DNA of 64,000 nt, from contig CAWJCS010000006.1 of assembly GCA_963841435.1 (NCBI GenBank), forward strand, positions 1,504,001-1,568,000, read 5' to 3'. Source of the stretch: an uncultured delta proteobacterium (GTDB lineage: Bacteria; Myxococcota_A; Polyangia; Polyangiales; Polyangiaceae). Positions 6,838 to 14,951 of this stretch are shown here, one piece after another. Every line of letters starts with the position of its first letter. The stretch's first letter is position 1. Position numbers and translations under genes: made by a program. Below the pieces are notes generated by a model. The model was not told where the DNA came from. It worked only from the letters and a program-made list of their open reading frames with translations, and made no database searches.

Positions 6838-9228
6838 CTAAAGAAGCGCTTCGTTCTCGAGCAGCGGGTCGTCCTGGGGCGCGGGCTCCGGCGCGGCGAG
6901 CACGAGCGGGAGAACCTCGTCGATGCGGCTCACGAGGTGGATGACCACGTCGTCGCGCACCTCGGCCGGCACCTCCTCGAGGTCGACCGCGTTGCGCGCG
7001 GGGATGACCACATGGCGGATTCCGGCGCGGTGCGCCGCGAGCACCTGGTCCTTGATACCCGTGACGGGCAGCACGGCGCCGCGCAGGGTAATCTCCCCGG
7101 TCACGGCCACGTCGGGCCGGCAGGGGGCGCCGAGGAGCAGCGAGGCCACGCCGACGAAGATCGGCAGGCCGATGCTGGGCGCGTCGCGGGCCGCGCCGCC
7201 ACGAGGGGCGTGCACGTGCAGGTCGATGGCCTTGAGCCACTCCGGATCGAGACCGAGCGCCGGGGCGCGCGAGCGAACGAGCGTGACGGCCGTCTCGGCG
7301 GCCTCCTTCATGACGCTGCGCATGCTGCCCGTGATGACGATCTCGCCCTTGCCGGGCATCCGCGTGGTCTCGATGATCAAGAGATCGCCACCGCTGCCGG
7401 AGACGGACAGCCCGACGGCCACGCCGGGGCCGAGCTTGCGCTCGGCGAGCTCGGGGAGATGGCGCTCGGGGCCGAGCAGCTCGCGCACGACATCCTTCGT
7501 CACGCGGAGGCCGCGCACGGGCTGGCCCTCGGCGAGCTTGACGGTGAGGTCGCGGCACACGGCGGCGATCTCGCGCTCCAGATTGCGCACGCCGGCTTCG
7601 CGCGTGTACGAATCGATCACGAGCTCGAGCGCCTGGGTCTCGAAGCTCAGGTCGTCGCTGACGAGGCCGTGCTCCTTGAGCTGCTTGGGGACGAGGAACT
7701 GCTCGGCAATGCTGCGCTTTTCCATACGCGTGTAGCCGGGCACCTCGATGAGCTCCATGCGATCCTTGAGCGCCTCGGGGATCTGCCAGCCGTAGTTCGC
7801 CGTGGCGAGGAACATCACCTCGGACAGGTCGAACGGCAGATCGATGTAGTGATCGACGAAGCTGTCGTTCTGCTCGGGATCCAGGACCTCGAGCAGCGCC
7901 GCCGCGGGATCGCCGCGCAGATCCACGCCCAGCTTGTCGACCTCGTCGAGGACGAGCACGGGGTTCTTGCAGCCGACCTTCTTGAGCGCCTGAATCACGC
8001 GACCCGGCAGCGCGCCGACGTACGTTCGGCGGTGGCCGCGCACCTCGGCCTCGTCACGCACACCGCCGAGCGAGATGCGCCCGTAGCGGCGCCCCATGCT
8101 GCGCGCGATCGACCGCCCGAGCGAGGTCTTCCCCACCCCCGGGGGGCCGACGAAAAGCAGGATCGGGCCCTTTTTGTCGCGCCGAAGCTGCCGGATCGCG
8201 GAAAACTCGACGATGCGCCGCTTGACGCGCTCGAGCCCGAAATGGTCCTCGTCGAGGCAGCGCCTCACGTCCTTCACGTCGAGCCGGTCCGGCGTCGTCC
8301 GGTTCCACGGCAGGTCGGCGAGCCACTCCACGTAGGTCCGCGTGACCTGGTACTCGGCCGACTGCTGCTGCATGCCCGAGAGCCGCCCGAGCTGCTTCTT
8401 CGCGGCGCGCTCGGCCTCACGAGGCAGCTCGGCACGAGCGATGCGCTCCCTGAGCTGCTCGATCTCGTCGTCGTCGCCCCCTTCGCCGAGCTCCTCGCGA
8501 ATGCTCTTCATCTGCTGGCGCAGCACGTACTCCCGCTGCGACCGGCTCATTTCGCTCTGCACGACGTTCGAGATGCGGTCCTTGACCTTGAGCACCTCGA
8601 GCTGCCGCTCCACCATGGCGAGCACGAGGCCCACGCGGTGGCGGACGTCGAAAGCCTCGAGGATGCTCTGCCGCACCGTGATCGGGGCATGCTCCTCGGG
8701 AAAGTTCGACGCGATGAGGTCAGCGAGCGCGCCGGGCTCGCGCACGTTATCCAGGATGCTCGCCGTCTCCTTGGGAAGATTCGGCATCAGCGACAGGACC
8801 TCGCGCGTTTGCTCCCGCAGGCGCTGTCCGAGCGCGCTCGTCGCCTCGGGCGGCGACGAGAGCTCCTGAATTCGCTCCACCTCCGCGCGCATGTACGGCT
8901 CGAGACCGTGAGGCGCGAGCAAGCGGAAGCGGCCGAGGCCGTTCAAGACGACGCTGTAGTTCGATGGCCCGAGCCGGATGACCTTCACGACGCGCGCCAG
9001 CGTGCCGACCTCGTACAAGTCCTCGAAAATGGGCTCGACGGTGTCGGCGTTGCGCTGCGTCAGCACGCCCACGAGCGCGCGGTCGGTCGCGCCGAGGTCC
9101 TCCACGAGCCGTACGGAGCGCGGCCGCCCGACGTTGATCGGGACGACCGACATGGGAAAGAGCACCGAGTTGCGGAGCGGAAGGATCGCAATGCGCTCCG
9201 GGCGACTGGTCCGGTCGGTCGCGCGCAT
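6838..9228 (-). CDS. lon: Lon (LonA) AAA+ protease homologue with degenerate Ser-Lys dyad
   Basis: LPLRNSVLFP Lon N domain, Walker A GPPGVGKT, GHRRTYVGALPG, Walker B VLDEVDK, REAGVRNL, TGEITLRG. The catalytic Lys position is Gln. Confidence 0.92.
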   Translation of the reverse strand: MRATDRTSRPERIAILPLRNSVLFPMSVVPINVGRPRSVRLVEDLGATDRALVGVLTQRNADTVEPIFEDLYEVGTLARVVKVIRLGPSNYSVVLNGLGRFRLLAPHGLEPYMRAEVERIQELSSPPEATSALGQRLREQTREVLSLMPNLPKETASILDNVREPGALADLIASNFPEEHAPITVRQSILEAFDVRHRVGLVLAMVERQLEVLKVKDRISNVVQSEMSRSQREYVLRQQMKSIREELGEGGDDDEIEQLRERIARAELPREAERAAKKQLGRLSGMQQQSAEYQVTRTYVEWLADLPWNRTTPDRLDVKDVRRCLDEDHFGLERVKRRIVEFSAIRQLRRDKKGPILLFVGPPGVGKTSLGRSIARSMGRRYGRISLGGVRDEAEVRGHRRTYVGALPGRVIQALKKVGCKNPVLVLDEVDKLGVDLRGDPAAALLEVLDPEQNDSFVDHYIDLPFDLSEVMFLATANYGWQIPEALKDRMELIEVPGYTRMEKRSIAEQFLVPKQLKEHGLVSDDLSFETQALELVIDSYTREAGVRNLEREIAAVCRDLTVKLAEGQPVRGLRVTKDVVRELLGPERHLPELAERKLGPGVAVGLSVSGSGGDLLIIETTRMPGKGEIVITGSMRSVMKEAAETAVTLVRSRAPALGLDPEWLKAIDLHVHAPRGGAARDAPSIGLPIFVGVASLLLGAPCRPDVAVTGEITLRGAVLPVTGIKDQVLAAHRAGIRHVVIPARNAVDLEEVPAEVRDDVVIHLVSRIDEVLPLVLAAPEPAPQDDPLLENEALL

Positions 9229-9344
9229 ATATCGACAGTAGTACGGTGGGGGGGAGCGTCCAGCAATCCCGGTCGAGGTTTCTTGCCGAATGGCGCCTGC
9301 GCGATTGTCGCGAGTCGGGGCGCTCTGTGCTAACCCGCGGGATC

Positions 9345-10007
9345 ATGACGTTTCGGGCGGCCTCGGCGGCCTTCCTGCTGACGGCCGCCTGCGCCTCAGG
9401 GGCGGCCGACAAGAGTCCGCAGGGCGCACTCGACGCCTACTCCCAAGCGCTAGCCGAGGGCCGCTCGCGAGATGCCTACGCCCTCTTGAGCGCCGAGGCG
9501 AAAAAAGACATACCTTACGATAGCTTCCAGCGCATACTTCGCGAGAATCCAGAAGAAATTCGGCAGCTCAGCCGGTCGCTCCGCCAACGCTCGGCGCCGC
9601 CGCGAGTCACGGCCGTCGTCACCGCCCCGGGCGGCGAATCGCTCCTTCTGGTTCTGGAGGACGGCGCCTGGCGGGTCGACGGGTCGGCGATCGACCTGTA
9701 CGGCCAAGCCACCCCGAAGGAGGCCTTGCGCGCCTTCGTCCGGGCCTTCAGGAACCGCCGCTATGACGTGCTGCTCCGCTTCGTTCCGGACGCCGAGCGC
9801 GAGGGGCTGGGGGTCGAGGAGCTCAAGCGCGCCTGGGAGGGCGAGGAAAAGAAGGAGCTCGACGCGCTCGTCGCGGGCGTCGAGGCAGGCCTGGGAACCG
9901 AAAAGCTCGAGGTCACCGGTGACCGCGCCACCATGGCGTTCGGGGCGGGCGGTACCGTCGAGCTCGTCAGGGAACGCGGCGTTTGGAAGGTCGAGGACCT
10001 TCGCTGA
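9345..10007 (+). CDS. Hypothetical lipoprotein with two similar alpha/beta modules
   Basis: MTFRAASAAFLLTAAC lipobox; internally repeated P..AL.A...A...LVxExGxWxV modules. Confidence 0.6.
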   Translation: MTFRAASAAFLLTAACASGAADKSPQGALDAYSQALAEGRSRDAYALLSAEAKKDIPYDSFQRILRENPEEIRQLSRSLRQRSAPPRVTAVVTAPGGESLLLVLEDGAWRVDGSAIDLYGQATPKEALRAFVRAFRNRRYDVLLRFVPDAEREGLGVEELKRAWEGEEKKELDALVAGVEAGLGTEKLEVTGDRATMAFGAGGTVELVRERGVWKVEDLR

Positions 10008-10015
10008 GAGGACGC

Positions 10016-10609
10016 ATGGCACGCACGGCAAACGTGGAGCGCAAAACGCGGGAGACCAGCATCCAGGTCTCGGTCGATCTCGACGGCAGCGGGCGCGCGA
10101 CCATCGAGACACCCCTACCCTTTCTTTCGCACATGCTCGAGCAGATCGCCCGGCACGGCGGTTTCGACCTCGAGGTGCGCGCGCAGGGCGACACGGACAT
10201 CGACGGCCACCACACGACCGAAGACATCGGCATCGTGCTCGGCAAGGCGTTCCTGGACGCGCTCGGCGACCGGCGCGGCATCACGCGCTACGGCTCGGCC
10301 ACGCTGCCCATGGACGAGGCGCTCGTCACCTGCGCCCTGGATCTTTCGGGGCGACCCTTCTTCGTTTTTCGCGTGCCGCTGCCGAAGGCAAAGCTCGGCA
10401 ATTGGGACGTGGAGCTCGCCGAGGTGTTCTTCGAGGCCTTTGCGCGTACGGCGCAGGCGAACCTCCATCTCCGGCTCCTGGAAGGCTCGAACCTCCACCA
10501 CATCGTCGAGGTGTCGTTCAAGGCGTTTGCGCGCGCCCTGCGCGAGGCCGTGAGCATCGATCCGCGCGCGGCGAGCGAGGTTCCCTCGACGAAAGGCAGC
10601 CTGGATTGA
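10016..10609 (+). CDS. hisB: Imidazoleglycerol-phosphate dehydratase
   Basis: RKTRET, DGHHTTED, PMDEAL and NLHHIVE motifs. Confidence 0.95.
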   Translation: MARTANVERKTRETSIQVSVDLDGSGRATIETPLPFLSHMLEQIARHGGFDLEVRAQGDTDIDGHHTTEDIGIVLGKAFLDALGDRRGITRYGSATLPMDEALVTCALDLSGRPFFVFRVPLPKAKLGNWDVELAEVFFEAFARTAQANLHLRLLEGSNLHHIVEVSFKAFARALREAVSIDPRAASEVPSTKGSLD

Positions 10610-11229
10610 TCACGGCCGCTCTCGTCGATACCGGGCTCGGCAACCTACGCTCCGTCCAGAAGGCGCTCGAAGCCGCCGGAGACGGCGTACGCGTCGTGCG
10701 CACGCGCGATCCGGACGCGGTGCGCCGCGCCGATCGCGTGGTCGTCCCCGGTCAGGGCGGGTTCGGGCGCTGCGCCGAGGCGCTCGCCAACGGCCTCGGT
10801 GACGCGCTGACCGAGTCGAGGGCGCGCGGTGTGCCCTACCTCGGGATCTGCCTCGGGCTACAGATCCTCTTCGAGGGCAGCGAGGAGGCCCCCGGGGTCA
10901 AAGGGCTTGGCTGGTTTCGCGGCACGGTGCAAAAGCTCGTTGGGGCGCCCGGCATCAAGATCCCGCACATGGGCTGGAATGCGCTCAACCTGCGTGGGGG
11001 CGGGCACGAAGTCCTCGGGGCTGCTGGCGGAGAAGGCGCCTGGGTGTACTTCGTCCACTCCTTCCACGCGGTCACCGACGAGCCGGGGCTCGTCCGCAGT
11101 GTCGTCGCGTACGGCCCGAACCAGGTGACGGCGGCCGTCGCCAGGGACAACGTCGTTGCCACCCAATTTCACCCAGAGAAGAGCCAGGCCGCGGGCCTTG
11201 CGCTCCTCGGCCGCTTCTTGCAAGGCTAG
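10606..11229 (+). CDS. hisH: Imidazole glycerol phosphate synthase glutaminase subunit
   Basis: GLGNLRSV, PGQG, GICLG, PHMGWN, YFVHS, QFHPEKS. TTG start overlaps the hisB stop. Confidence 0.93.
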   Translation: MITAALVDTGLGNLRSVQKALEAAGDGVRVVRTRDPDAVRRADRVVVPGQGGFGRCAEALANGLGDALTESRARGVPYLGICLGLQILFEGSEEAPGVKGLGWFRGTVQKLVGAPGIKIPHMGWNALNLRGGGHEVLGAAGGEGAWVYFVHSFHAVTDEPGLVRSVVAYGPNQVTAAVARDNVVATQFHPEKSQAAGLALLGRFLQG

Positions 11230-11239
11230 GGTTCACCCG

Positions 11240-11971
11240 ATGGACGTGATCCCCGCGGTGGACATCCTGGGCGGCAAGGCCGTGCGCCTGCGCCAGGGCC
11301 GCTACGAGGACGTCACGGTTTACGACGATCACCCCGAGGTGGTGGCCGCCGAGTGGAGCGGGCGCGTACGGCGCGTGCACGTCGTCGATCTGGACGGCGC
11401 CAAGGCGGGGCGACCCGTGCAGCGCATCCTGGTGCGCAGGGTCGTCGCGGCGTTCGGCGCCGGCGTCCAGGTCGGCGGCGGTGTTCGCTCGATGGCCGCC
11501 GTGGACGCCTACTTCGATCTCGGCGTCGAGCGCGTCGTGATCGGCACCGCGGCCATCCGTGATCCGGAGCTCGTGCACGCCGCGGCCGCAGCCTATCCGG
11601 GACGCCTGATCGTCGCCGTCGACGCGCGGGAGGGCAACGTGGCAACCGACGGCTGGACCGATCAGTCGACGCGCCGCGCCATCGACGTCGTGCGCGAGCT
11701 CGGCCAGCTCGGCCTCGCGGCCGTGCTCTACACCGACATCGATCGTGACGGCACGGAGGTCGGACCGAACGTGGAGGCCACGGCGGCGCTCGCGCGCGAC
11801 GGCGGCGTGCCCGTGATCGCGAGCGGGGGCGTCGGGAAGGTCGCCCACATCGAGGCGCTTGCGGCGGCCGGGCCCGGGATCGTCGGTGCCATCGTCGGCC
11901 GGGCGTTGCACGAGAAGCGCTTCAGCCTCGAGGAAGCCATCGCCGCGACCCGCCCCGGCCGGGGCGGCTGA
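11240..11971 (+). CDS. hisA: ProFAR isomerase
   Basis: IPAVDILGGKAVRLRQG, HVVDLDGA, QVGGGVR, YTDIDRDG, IASGG, GRAL. Confidence 0.95.
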   Translation: MDVIPAVDILGGKAVRLRQGRYEDVTVYDDHPEVVAAEWSGRVRRVHVVDLDGAKAGRPVQRILVRRVVAAFGAGVQVGGGVRSMAAVDAYFDLGVERVVIGTAAIRDPELVHAAAAAYPGRLIVAVDAREGNVATDGWTDQSTRRAIDVVRELGQLGLAAVLYTDIDRDGTEVGPNVEATAALARDGGVPVIASGGVGKVAHIEALAAAGPGIVGAIVGRALHEKRFSLEEAIAATRPGRGG

Positions 11972-13512
11972 TGGTCGACAGCGGTGACCGCGACCCGAGC
12001 GACGCGCTCAAGCGTGCCTCGGTGTTCCCGGCTCGCGCGGCACCGACGACGCTCGCCCCACCCGAGTCCGAGCGCGAACCGACCCCATCGAGCAATTTCG
12101 GCGGCGAGGACTTTCTCTTCCACCTGTATCGGGGCAGCGAGCTCTTGCAGGACAACTGCGTCGAGCAGGCCAAGGAAGAGCTCGAGCGAGCGCTCCGCCT
12201 GCAGCCACGCGACGCCTCGGGACAGGGACTGCTCGGCGTCGTCTACTTCCGGCTCGGCCTGTACCCACGCGCGATCGTCATCTACGAGGAGCTCATCCGG
12301 ACCTTCCCCGGTGAGGTCACCCCCAAGGTCAATCTCGCTCTTTGCTACCTGAAGACCGGCCAGGCGGGGCTCGCGCGCGACGCGCTCGAGGACGTGATCG
12401 CGCGGGAGCCCGAGCACCGGCGTGCGTGGGGCTACTACGGCCTCGCGCTCGAGCGCCTGGGCGACTACGAAAAGGCGCAAAACGCGTTCGAGCGCGCCGG
12501 CCAGCCACAGCTCGCCCGGCGCATGCTCGGACTGGTGGAGGCCGCCGAGGCCGCTGCCGCGCCGGAGGAGGCCCAGAGCCAGCACGACGAGGTGCGGCGG
12601 GCCGCCGCCGACGCGGTGCTGGAGCTCGATGTCGGTGACGAAGGGGCGTTCGTGTCGCTGCAGCAAGAGCCCCCCGGCCTCCAGCCGATCCGCGGTAGTC
12701 GCTGGCGAGCCGTCGAGCCCGGCGAGGAGCCGGTGCCGCCCCCGGCGCATCGGATGCGTCCCTCGTCAGGGACCCAGCGGCTCGCCCTGCCCAGCGAGCC
12801 GCCGGACTTCGCCCCGCTCTCGCTCCGCCATGGACCGAGCCTCCCGGCCCCGGCGAGCACGGTGCCGGCGGGCACACCTTCGGCGTTCGTGGCGTCCGTC
12901 GCGGTCGCCGCGCCCGATGCGCACGAGCGCTACGTCGTCGAGGGCACGCTCGCGCTCGTGCGCGTGGAGGTGGGGTTCCTCGTGCGCAACGACGCGCTCC
13001 GAGCCGTCCAGGCGGACGCGAGCAGCTTTCGCTCGGGCGCGGTCCGCCGCCGTGCGCGTGGTCGCGAAACCGACGAGCCGTTCGGCGGTCCGAGCGCGCC
13101 TTGGTCCCTCCTGGAAGGAGGCGGTCTCGTCATGCTGGCTGCGGCCGCGGGTCGGGCGCTTTCGGTCATCGAGCTGGGCGGGGAGTTCATCTACCTGCGC
13201 GAGGGGCGCCTGCTCGGCTTCGATCTCGGGGTTCGCTACGAAAACGGGCGCCTCCCCGCTCCACCCCAGGAGCCGGCACCGATCGTGATCGTTCAGCTTT
13301 CGGGTAGCGGCATCGCGCTCATCGAGAGCGAGCGCCCCCTCAGGGCCGTAGACGTGCCCGCCGATCGCAAGCTCGTCGTGCGTAGCGAGTCCGTGGCAGG
13401 CTGGACCGGTCGCATGCTCGCGCAGCCGCTGACCCCCGAGCTTTCACCAACGCACGGGCACGGCTTCGTGTCGTTCGCCGGCGAGGGCGCCGTGCTCCTG
13501 GACGACGCATGA
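11971..13512 (+). CDS. TPR + AIM24-like domain protein
   Basis: About four N-terminal TPRs, Pro-rich linker, C-terminal beta-rich region with AIM24-like repeats (LEGGG.V, LSGSG, FAGEG). Confidence 0.65.
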   Translation: MVDSGDRDPSDALKRASVFPARAAPTTLAPPESEREPTPSSNFGGEDFLFHLYRGSELLQDNCVEQAKEELERALRLQPRDASGQGLLGVVYFRLGLYPRAIVIYEELIRTFPGEVTPKVNLALCYLKTGQAGLARDALEDVIAREPEHRRAWGYYGLALERLGDYEKAQNAFERAGQPQLARRMLGLVEAAEAAAAPEEAQSQHDEVRRAAADAVLELDVGDEGAFVSLQQEPPGLQPIRGSRWRAVEPGEEPVPPPAHRMRPSSGTQRLALPSEPPDFAPLSLRHGPSLPAPASTVPAGTPSAFVASVAVAAPDAHERYVVEGTLALVRVEVGFLVRNDALRAVQADASSFRSGAVRRRARGRETDEPFGGPSAPWSLLEGGGLVMLAAAAGRALSVIELGGEFIYLREGRLLGFDLGVRYENGRLPAPPQEPAPIVIVQLSGSGIALIESERPLRAVDVPADRKLVVRSESVAGWTGRMLAQPLTPELSPTHGHGFVSFAGEGAVLLDDA

Positions 13513-14204
13513 CGACCATCCCGCCCAGCTCCGCGCGCCCCTCGAGGCCGAAGCGGCGACCGCGGCCGAGCTCGGGCGAACGGCGCCGGCGACGACGCAC
13601 GCTGCGACAGGATGCGCTCAACGTGCCCAACCTGCTCACGTTCGGTCGCATCCTCGCCATCCCGCTCGTCTTGACCCTACTCGGCCGCGGCACGCCGGAG
13701 GACTGCCTCATCGCGGCGCTCGTCTATTCGGCCGCGGCGCTCACGGATCTCGTCGACGGCTGGCTCGCGCGCCGCATGCGCGTCGTGAGCGTGCTCGGCA
13801 AATTCCTCGATCCACTCGCCGACAAGCTCCTCGTGATGGCGGTGCTCGTCTACATGGTGCCGATGGGCCGCATCCCCGAATGGGCCGTGGTGCTGCTCCT
13901 CGCGCGCGAGATCTCCGTGACGGGCCTGCGCAGCATCGCGAGCAGCGAGGGCGTCGTGATCGCCGCGGGCGAAGAGGGAAAGAGCAAGACTGCCCTGCAG
14001 ATGGTGGGCATCCTGTGCCTCTTGCTCGGCTATCCCTACCATCTGACGCTCGGCCCGCTCGACCTCGGGGTCGTTGACCTGGTCGTGGTCGGACGGGCGC
14101 TCATCTACGTGTCCTTGGTGTTCTCGGTCGTGAGCGCCGCGTCGTACCTGAGCCTCTTCGCAGAAGCCGTCGATGCCAAGAACCGGCGCGAGAGCTCGGG
14201 CTGA
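13509..14204 (+). CDS. pgsA: CDP-diacylglycerol--glycerol-3-phosphate 3-phosphatidyltransferase
   Basis: NVPNLLT, DLVDGWLARR..GKFLDPLADK CDP-alcohol phosphotransferase motif, GKSKT..QM. Confidence 0.9.
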   Translation: MTTIPPSSARPSRPKRRPRPSSGERRRRRRTLRQDALNVPNLLTFGRILAIPLVLTLLGRGTPEDCLIAALVYSAAALTDLVDGWLARRMRVVSVLGKFLDPLADKLLVMAVLVYMVPMGRIPEWAVVLLLAREISVTGLRSIASSEGVVIAAGEEGKSKTALQMVGILCLLLGYPYHLTLGPLDLGVVDLVVVGRALIYVSLVFSVVSAASYLSLFAEAVDAKNRRESSG

Positions 14205-14290
14205 CGGCGCGGCCCGGCGCCCCGAGGCAAAGGGCGCCAAAGCCCCGGGGTTGGCACACTCGGCGGTCGGCGTGTTAGAAGCTCCGCGCC

Positions 14291-14689
14291 ATGAGAATCC
14301 GGAAGGTCGCCCGCGCCGCAGCTCGTCTGCTGTTCCTTGCGCTCGCCGTCGCGAGCGTTTCCGAGGGCTGTTCCCGCCAAGGCGAAGGCGAGCGCTGCGA
14401 CAGCGAAGCGAACGGCGATCTGGACTGCGACAGCGGCCTCGTCTGCAAGCGCTGCGGCGACTTGCAGGAGCGCGTCGTCGATCGTTGTTGCCCGCCTGGA
14501 TCGGCGTACAAAGATTCGCGCTGCGAGCCGGCAGCGACCCCGGGCCAGTGCCTCACGCAGCCCGGAACCGGCGGGTCCGGGTCCGGCGGCACCTCGGGCG
14601 TTGGGGGCACCTCGGGCGTTGGGGGCACCTCGGGCGTTGGGGGCACCTCACCGGGCGGCGACGGTGAGGCGGGTGGGGGCGGCGTCTAG
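14291..14689 (+). CDS. Small Cys-rich secreted protein/lipoprotein with Gly-rich tail
   Basis: Signal-like N-terminus ending EGC, Cys cluster, GGTSGV repeats. Confidence 0.55.
   Translation: MRIRKVARAAARLLFLALAVASVSEGCSRQGEGERCDSEANGDLDCDSGLVCKRCGDLQERVVDRCCPPGSAYKDSRCEPAATPGQCLTQPGTGGSGSGGTSGVGGTSGVGGTSGVGGTSPGGDGEAGGGGV
14585..14649 (+). repeat. 18-bp tandem repeat (GGTSGV), about 3.6 copies
   Basis: GGSGGCACCTCGGGCGTT x3 plus a partial copy. Confidence 0.9.
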
Positions 14690-14692
14690 CCC

Positions 14693-14947
14693 ATGTCGCT
14701 TTCCGAGCTGACCGAGCTTGCGCAGTCGGCGCTCCTGCTCTCGATCATGCTCACCCTGCCCGTGGTCGGCGTCGCCGCGCTCGTCGGGCTCGTCGTCGCC
14801 GCCCTGCAGGCCGCGACGCAGCTGCAGGACTCGACGCTCGCCCACCTGCCAAGGCTGATCGCCGTGGCCCTCGCGCTCGTCGTCGCGGGACCTTGGATGG
14901 GCTCCACGCTGGTCGGCTTCGCGCTCGAAGCCTTCACGCGGCGCTAA
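14693..14947 (+). CDS. FliQ/EscS (SctS) family export-gate subunit
   Basis: 84 aa, hydrophobic, GLVVAALQAATQLQDSTLAHLPRL and GPWM, matching the family QAxTQIQxxTL..PK motif. Confidence 0.85.
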   Translation: MSLSELTELAQSALLLSIMLTLPVVGVAALVGLVVAALQAATQLQDSTLAHLPRLIAVALALVVAGPWMGSTLVGFALEAFTRR

Positions 14948-14951
14948 CGGC

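Noticed and set aside
6937-9333. 798-aa ORF antisense to lon
   Set aside because: Shadow ORF from high-GC codon bias; the opposite strand is an unambiguous Lon.
9763-10605. N-terminal extension of HisH (488-aa ORF)
   Set aside because: Overlaps hisB; the TTG at 10606 gives a normal-length HisH.
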